This document shows, piece after piece, positions 25,892 to 31,427 of a stretch of DNA of 31,427 bases. Under the pieces are notes generated by a model. It searched no databases, had not been told where the DNA came from, and saw only the letters and a program-made list of their open reading frames with translations. The stretch comes from a virus. Its lineage: Duplodnaviria > Heunggongvirae > Uroviricota > Caudoviricetes. The DNA lies in IMG/VR virus record IMGVR_UViG_2667527789_000018, positions 1 through 31,427 of that record; one strand, 5' to 3'. The translations under genes and the position numbers were made by a program. Numbering within the stretch: position 1 is the stretch's first letter; each line of letters begins with the position of its first letter.

Positions 25892-28331
25892 CAATGTAAA
25901 ATTACAGGTATTGCTCAGGGCTGTTGACCAGGCATCCCGCCCGTTTAAATCCATCCGCACAGCGAGCAAGTCGCTGTCGGGGGATATCCGGGAAACACAA
26001 AAATCACTGCGCGAGCTGAACGGTCAGGCATCCCGTATTGAGGGGTTCCGCAAGACCAGTGCACAGCTCGCCGTGACTGGTCAGGAACTGAAAAAAGCCA
26101 GACAGGAAGCCGCAGCACTGGCTGTCCAGTTTAAAAATACTGAACGACCAACAAATGCACAGGCAAAGGCAATGGAAGCCGCGCGTAAAAATGTGTCGGA
26201 GTTACAGGCGAAATATAACAGCCTGAGATTGTCGGTACAGCGCCAGCGTCAGGAACTGAGTCAGGCGGGTATTAATACCCGTAATCTGGCGCATGATGAA
26301 CGAGGGCTGAAAAACCGTATCAGTGAAACCACCGTACAGCTTAACCGGCAGCGTGACGCGCTGGCGCGTGTCAGTGCGCAACAGGCAAAACTTAACGCAG
26401 TAAAACAGCGTTATCAGGCCGGAAAGGAACTGGCCGGAAATATGGCCTCAGTGGGCGCTGTCGGTGTGGGGATTGCTGCTGCGGGAACGATGGTCGGAGT
26501 TAAGCTGCTGATGCCCGGTTATGAGTTTGCGCAGAAAAACTCAGAATTGCAGGCCGTGCTAGGAGTGGCAAAAGACTCCGCCGAAATGACCGCACTCCGC
26601 AAGCAGGCGCGCCAGCTCGGCGACAATACCGCAGCCTCGGCAGATGATGCAGCCGGTGCACAGATTATCATTGCGAAAGCGGGTGGAGATGCTGCGGCTA
26701 TTCAGGCGGCAACGCCGGTCACGCTGAATATGGCACTGGCGAATCAGCGGTCGATGGAAGAAAACGCGCAACTGTTGCTGGGGACTAAGGCATCCTTTCA
26801 ACTGTCAAATGATGATGTCAGCCATGTGGGCGACGTGTTGTCGGCAACGATGAATAAGTCGGCGGCTGATTTTCAGGGACTCAGTGATACACTGACTTAC
26901 CTCGGGCCGGTTGCGAGGACTGCAGGTGTAAGTCTTGAGCAGGCAGCAGCCATGACAGGTGTGCTGCATGACAATAACATCAGGGGGTCAATGGCGGGGA
27001 CGGGTAGCAGTGCCGTTGTCACCCGATTACAGGCACCGACTGGAAAAGCATGGGATGCACTCAAAGAGCTTGGCGTTAAAACCTCGGACAAAAAGGGAAA
27101 TATGCGTCCGTTGTTCACCATTCTGAAAGAGATTCAGGCCAGCTTTGATAAACACAAGCTGGGAACGTCTCAGAAGGGGGAATACCTTAAAACCATTTTT
27201 GGTGAGGAAGCCCTGAAATCAGCGAACGTTTTACTGGCAGCGGCAGCAAGCGGAAAACTGGATAAGCTGACCGCCACGCTGAAAGCCTCGGACGGTAAAA
27301 CGGAAGAGCTGGTTAAAATCATGCAGGATAACCTCGGCGGTGACTTTAAGGAGTTTCAGTCCGCTTATGAGGCGGTGGGGACTGACCTGTTTGACCAGCA
27401 GGAAGGCGCGCTGCGTAAGCTCACGCAGACGGCCACAAAGTATGTGTTAAAACTCGACGGCTGGATCCAGAAAAACAAATCACTGGCGTCAACCATCGGC
27501 ATCATTGCCGGTGGCGCGCTGGCGCTGACTGGCATCATCGGTGCAATTGGTCTTGTAGCCTGGCCGGTTATCACCGGCATCAATGCCATCATTGCGGCAG
27601 CAGGCGCAATGGGGGCAGTCTTCACGACGGTTGGTAGTGCTGTTATGACCGCCATCGGGGCTATTAGCTGGCCGGTTGTGGCCGTGGTGGCCGCAATTGT
27701 CGCCGGGGCGTTGCTTATCCGTAAATACTGGGAGCCTGTCAGCGCATTCTTTGGCGGTGTGGTTGAAGGGCTGAAAGTGGCATTTGCGCCGGTGGGAGAA
27801 CTGTTCACGCCACTGAAGCCGGTGTTTGACTGGCTGGGTGAAAAGTTACAGGCCGCGTGGCAGTGGTTTAAAAACCTGATTGCCCCGGTCAAAGCCACCC
27901 AGGACACCCTGAACCGTTGCCGTGACACGGGCGTCATGTTCGGGCAGGCACTGGCTGACGCGCTGATGCTGCCGCTTAATGCGTTCAACAAACTGCGCAG
28001 CGGTATTGACTGGGTACTGGAAAAACTCGGTGTTATCAACAAAGAGTCAGACACACTTGACCAGACCGCCGCAAGGACTCATGCCGCCACGTATGGCACC
28101 GGCGGTTATATTCCGGCGACCAGCTCTTATGCAGGCTATCAGGCTTATCAGCCGGTCACGGCACCGGCTGGTCGCTCTTATGTGGACCAGAGTAAAAACG
28201 AATATCACATCAACCTGACGGGCGGTACTGCGCCGGGGACACAGCTTGACCGCCAGTTACAGGATGCGCTCGAAAAATACGAGCGGGATAAACGTGCGCG
28301 CGCCCGTGCCAGCATGATGCATGACGGTTAA
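25884..28331 (+). CDS. T: tail tape measure protein gpT
   Basis: 815 aa; coiled-coil N-terminal half, Gly/Ala-rich hydrophobic central segment. Confidence 0.92.
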   Translation: MSNNVKLQVLLRAVDQASRPFKSIRTASKSLSGDIRETQKSLRELNGQASRIEGFRKTSAQLAVTGQELKKARQEAAALAVQFKNTERPTNAQAKAMEAARKNVSELQAKYNSLRLSVQRQRQELSQAGINTRNLAHDERGLKNRISETTVQLNRQRDALARVSAQQAKLNAVKQRYQAGKELAGNMASVGAVGVGIAAAGTMVGVKLLMPGYEFAQKNSELQAVLGVAKDSAEMTALRKQARQLGDNTAASADDAAGAQIIIAKAGGDAAAIQAATPVTLNMALANQRSMEENAQLLLGTKASFQLSNDDVSHVGDVLSATMNKSAADFQGLSDTLTYLGPVARTAGVSLEQAAAMTGVLHDNNIRGSMAGTGSSAVVTRLQAPTGKAWDALKELGVKTSDKKGNMRPLFTILKEIQASFDKHKLGTSQKGEYLKTIFGEEALKSANVLLAAAASGKLDKLTATLKASDGKTEELVKIMQDNLGGDFKEFQSAYEAVGTDLFDQQEGALRKLTQTATKYVLKLDGWIQKNKSLASTIGIIAGGALALTGIIGAIGLVAWPVITGINAIIAAAGAMGAVFTTVGSAVMTAIGAISWPVVAVVAAIVAGALLIRKYWEPVSAFFGGVVEGLKVAFAPVGELFTPLKPVFDWLGEKLQAAWQWFKNLIAPVKATQDTLNRCRDTGVMFGQALADALMLPLNAFNKLRSGIDWVLEKLGVINKESDTLDQTAARTHAATYGTGGYIPATSSYAGYQAYQPVTAPAGRSYVDQSKNEYHINLTGGTAPGTQLDRQLQDALEKYERDKRARARASMMHDG

Positions 28332-28345
28332 GGAGGTGACGAAAA

Positions 28346-28825
28346 ATGATGCTCGCGTTAGGTATGTTTGTTTTTATGCGCCAGACGCTGCCACACCAGA
28401 CCATGCAGCGTGAATCAGATTATCGCTGGCCGTCAAATTCCCGTATCGGTAAACGGGATGCCTACCAGTTTCTCGGTGTGGGTGAGGAAAACATTACGCT
28501 TGCCGGTGTGCTTTATCCTGAACTGACCGGCGGAAAGCTGACGATGACCACGCTCAGACTGATGGCAGAGGAAGGCCGGGCGTGGCCGTTGCTGGATGGC
28601 ACCGGCATGATTTACGGCATGTATGTCATCAGCAGGGTGAGTGAAACAGGGAGTATTTTCTTTGCAGACGGCACACCCCAGAAAATTGATTTTACGCTGT
28701 CACTCACCCGCGTGGATGAATCACTGGCCGCGCTTTATGGCGATATCGGTAAACAGGCGGAATCGCTCATCGGTAAGGCTGGCAGTATGGCGACTAAATT
28801 CACGGGTATGACGGGGGCGGGATAA
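28346..28825 (+). CDS. U: tail protein gpU
   Basis: 159 aa; GGAGG SD; synteny T-U-D. Confidence 0.88.
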   Translation: MMLALGMFVFMRQTLPHQTMQRESDYRWPSNSRIGKRDAYQFLGVGEENITLAGVLYPELTGGKLTMTTLRLMAEEGRAWPLLDGTGMIYGMYVISRVSETGSIFFADGTPQKIDFTLSLTRVDESLAALYGDIGKQAESLIGKAGSMATKFTGMTGAG

Positions 28826-29988
28826 TGCTGGATGCGCTGACATTTGATGCAGGCAGTACGCTGACGCCGGATTACATGCTGATGCTCGACAGCAGGGATA
28901 TTACCGGCAATATCAGCGACCGTCTGATGAGCATGACCCTGACGGATAACCGGGGCTTTGAGGCTGACCAGCTTGATATTGAACTGAACGATGCCGACGG
29001 GCAGGTCGGGCTGCCGGTTCGTGGCGCTGTCCTGACGGTGTATATCGGCTGGAAAGGTTTTGCCCTGGTATGCAAAGGGAAATTTACCGTTGATGAGGTT
29101 GAACACCGGGGCGCGCCGGATGTGGTCACCATCCGCGCCCGGAGTGCAGATTTTCGCGGGACGCTCAATTCCCGCCGGGAAGGCTCCTGGCATGACACCA
29201 CGCTCGGTGCGATTGTTGAGGCGATAGCCTCCCGTAACAGGCTGGAAGCCCGTGTTGCTCCGTCACTGGCCGGAATTAAAATCCCGCACATCGACCAGTC
29301 GCAGGAGTCTGATGCGAAATTCCTGACCCGTCTTGCTGAACGCAACGGCGGTGAGGTGTCGGTAAAAATGGGAAAACTGCTGTTTCTCAAAGCGGGGCAG
29401 GGGGTGACTGCCAGCGGTAAAAAAATCCCGCAGATTACCATCACCCGCAGCGATGGCGACCGTCATCATTTTGCGATTGCTGACCGCGGAGCCTACACAG
29501 GTGTAACGGCAAAGTGGTTACACACCAAAGACCCGAAACCGCAAAAGCAGAAGGTAAAACTGAAACGCAAAAAGAAAGAGAAACACCTGCGCGCACTGGA
29601 GCACCCGAAAGCAAAACCGGTCACGCAGAAGAAAGCGCCTAAAGTACCGGAAGCGCGCGAAGGTGAATACATGGCCGGTGAGGCTGATAACGTTTTTGCC
29701 CTGACCACGGTATATGCCACGAAAGCGCAGGCCATGCGCGCCGCTCAGGCGAAGTGGGATAAACTGCAACGGGGTGTTGCGGAGTTCTCCATCAGCCTGG
29801 CTACCGGTCGGGCAGATATTTACACGGAAACACCGGTTAAAGTGTCAGGCTTTAAGCGCGTCATAGACGAGCAGGACTGGACAATCACTAAGGTGACACA
29901 TTTTCTGAATAATAGCGGCTTCACGACGTCCTTAGAGCTTGAGGTCAGGCTTTCTGATGTGGAGTACGAAACAGAAGATGATGAGTGA
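28825..29988 (+). CDS. D: tail protein gpD
   Basis: 387 aa; last gene of the FI operon; Lys-rich internal segment. Confidence 0.88.
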   Translation: MLDALTFDAGSTLTPDYMLMLDSRDITGNISDRLMSMTLTDNRGFEADQLDIELNDADGQVGLPVRGAVLTVYIGWKGFALVCKGKFTVDEVEHRGAPDVVTIRARSADFRGTLNSRREGSWHDTTLGAIVEAIASRNRLEARVAPSLAGIKIPHIDQSQESDAKFLTRLAERNGGEVSVKMGKLLFLKAGQGVTASGKKIPQITITRSDGDRHHFAIADRGAYTGVTAKWLHTKDPKPQKQKVKLKRKKKEKHLRALEHPKAKPVTQKKAPKVPEAREGEYMAGEADNVFALTTVYATKAQAMRAAQAKWDKLQRGVAEFSISLATGRADIYTETPVKVSGFKRVIDEQDWTITKVTHFLNNSGFTTSLELEVRLSDVEYETEDDE

Positions 29989-30069
29989 TGCTTTTATTTT
30001 ATCTGTTTGTTTTATAAGGATAAATTAACTAAAATGGCACCATCAACAAAACCGGAAGAGGTGCTCGCG

Positions 30070-30288
30070 ATGTTTCATTGTCCTTTATGCCAGCATGCCG
30101 CACATGCGCGTACAAGCCGCTATATCACTGACACGACAAAAGAGCGTTATCATCAGTGCCAGAACGTGAATTGCAGTGCCACGTTCATCACTTATGAGTC
30201 GGTACAGCGATACATCGTGAAGCCGGGAGAAGTCCACGCCGTAAGGCCGCACCCGTTGCCGTCAGGGCAGCAAATTATGTGGATGTGA
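30070..30288 (+). CDS. ogr: late gene transcriptional activator Ogr (zinc finger)
   Basis: ATG at 30070 (MFHCPLCQHAAH...) gives 72 aa with CPLC...C-x4-C zinc-binding cysteines; the tracked ORF begins upstream at 30007. Confidence 0.9.
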   Translation: MFHCPLCQHAAHARTSRYITDTTKERYHQCQNVNCSATFITYESVQRYIVKPGEVHAVRPHPLPSGQQIMWM

Positions 30289-30298
30289 TCACAAAAAT

Positions 30299-30326
30299 AG
30301 CCCCTCAGTTGAGGGGCTTTATTTAT
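30299..30326 (+). terminator. rho-independent terminator after ogr
   Basis: AGCCCCTC-AGTT-GAGGGGCT hairpin (30299-30318) followed by TTATTTAT. Confidence 0.75.
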
Positions 30327-30331
30327 GGTCG

Positions 30332-30351
30332 ATGTGGACGCTATGTGGACG
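30332..30351 (+). repeat. tandem direct repeat ATGTGGACG x2 (candidate integrase arm-type binding sites of attR)
   Basis: ATGTGGACG at 30332-30340 and 30343-30351 with 11-bp periodicity, between ogr and host DNA. Confidence 0.45.
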
Positions 30352-30416
30352 GTGGTTGATATAAATCCATTTATATCATCAGGTTAGGTGCTTTTTTGTG
30401 ACACCATCCCTGTCTT

Positions 30417-30443
30417 CCCCCACATGATGTGGGGGTTTTTTTT
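30417..30443 (+). terminator. strong rho-independent terminator (possibly the end of a 3'UTR-derived sRNA of the upstream host gene)
   Basis: CCCCCAC-ATGAT-GTGGGGG hairpin followed by an 8-nt T run, 80 bp upstream of fieF. Confidence 0.75.
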
Positions 30444-30524
30444 ATCCTCAATTTGCCTGCTGCTTAATGCATTGCAGATGATTTGCTTCCGTTATACTAG
30501 CGTCAGTTGATAGCGGGAGTATTT

Positions 30525-31427
30525 ATGAATCAATCTTATGGACGGCTGGTCAGTCGGGCGGCGATTGCTGCGACGGCGATGGCTTCGCTGCTATTGCTGA
30601 TTAAAATTTTTGCATGGTGGTATACCGGGTCGGTGAGTATTCTCGCCGCGCTGGTGGATTCGCTGGTGGATATCGGCGCGTCGTTGACGAATTTATTGGT
30701 GGTGCGATATTCCCTGCAACCTGCCGACGATAATCACTCGTTTGGTCACGGTAAAGCTGAGTCCCTCGCGGCGCTGGCGCAAAGTATGTTTATCTCCGGT
30801 TCGGCACTATTCCTGTTTTTGACGGGTATTCAACATCTGATATCTCCAACACCGATGACAGATCCAGGCGTCGGGGTTATCGTGACAATTGTGGCGCTAA
30901 TTTGTACGATTATCCTTGTCTCGTTTCAGCGTTGGGTGGTGCGGCGGACGCAAAGCCAGGCGGTGCGGGCTGATATGCTACATTACCAGTCTGATGTTAT
31001 GATGAACGGCGCAATTCTGCTGGCGCTGGGGTTGTCCTGGTACGGCTGGCATCGCGCCGATGCTCTGTTTGCATTGGGAATCGGCATCTATATTTTATAT
31101 AGCGCGTTACGCATGGGATATGAGGCGGTACAGTCATTACTGGATCGCGCATTGCCTGATGAGGAACGGCAAGAAATTATTGATATCGTGACTTCCTGGC
31201 CGGGTGTTAGCGGCGCTCACGATCTTCGCACGCGGCAGTCAGGGCCGACCCGCTTTATTCAGATTCATTTGGAAATGGAAGACTCTCTGCCTTTGGTTCA
31301 GGCACATATGGTGGCGGATCAGGTAGAGCAGGCTATTTTACGGCGTTTTCCGGGATCGGATGTAATTATCCATCAGGACCCCTGTTCCGTCGTACCCAGG
31401 GAGGGTAAACGGTCTATGCTTTCATAA
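30525..31427 (+). CDS. fieF: cation diffusion facilitator ferrous-iron/zinc efflux transporter FieF (YiiP)
   Basis: 300 aa from ATG 30525 ([25 protein letters not shown]...), recognised as enterobacterial FieF; CDF-type [10 protein letters not shown] motif; the tracked ORF begins at upstream TTG 30507. Confidence 0.92.

Larger units (their letters stand above)
1..30445. mobile_element. P2-family temperate myovirus prophage, near-complete; left end (attL) outside window, right end approximate (attR between ~30326 and ~30445)
   Basis: Full P2-like synteny int-C-cox-B-A / cos / Q-P-O-N-M-L-X-Y-K-lysABC-R-S-V-W-J-I-H-G / FI-FII-E-T-U-D-ogr, with protein lengths matching those I recall for P2; host gene fieF immediately downstream. 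Confidence 0.9.

Noticed and set aside
27365-28054. 229-aa minus-strand ORF inside the tape measure gene
   Set aside because: Antisense to gpT; Ala/Thr/Pro-rich low-complexity translation reflecting the Gly/Ala-rich sense frame.
28872-29769. Minus-strand ORFs of 68-190 aa antisense to gpD
   Set aside because: Contained in gpD on the opposite strand; no independent evidence.
1-31427. Searched by eye for CRISPR arrays, tRNA or tmRNA genes, IS elements and long tandem repeats
   Set aside because: No regularly spaced direct repeats with unique spacers, no cloverleaf-like tRNA candidates near the att region, and no transposase-like ORF with terminal inverted repeats were found; the only mobile element is the prophage itself.

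Overview
Almost the whole window is one apparently intact P2-family temperate myovirus prophage (~30.4 kb), running from the integrase stop codon at position 1 to ogr and attR-side sequence at ~30.3-30.45 kb. It is followed by the host cation-diffusion-facilitator gene fieF (30525-31427). Gene order and protein lengths match what I recall for P2: int, C repressor, cox, B, four small ORFs and A; the cos region; then Q, P, O, N, M, L, X, Y, K, lysA/B/C, R, S, V, W, J, I, H, G, FI, FII, E/E', T, U, D and ogr. Two AT-rich cargo genes (about 32% G+C against about 57% in phage genes, counted on 60-nt samples) sit in the two classical P2 accessory hotspots. The first is a 612-aa protein of unknown function between A and cos, where P2 carries tin/old. 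The second is a 197-aa membrane-anchored protein between G and FI, where P2 carries Z/fun, bounded by a perfect 10-bp inverted repeat. These are the best candidates for an undescribed anti-phage or superinfection-exclusion function; neither has a motif I can assign to a known family beyond a weak C-terminal R-x4-H (HEPN-like) signature in the 612-aa protein. Other visible structure includes palindromic operators in the immunity switch, a 19-nt cos sequence, an E/E' -1 frameshift site, an embedded lysC, a mosaic tail-fibre C-terminus, and tandem arm-type repeats plus a strong terminator between ogr and fieF. All calls rest on reading the sequence and on remembered family knowledge; no database search or computation was run, and attL lies outside the window so the att core cannot be defined. 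No tRNA, rRNA, CRISPR array or IS element was seen.
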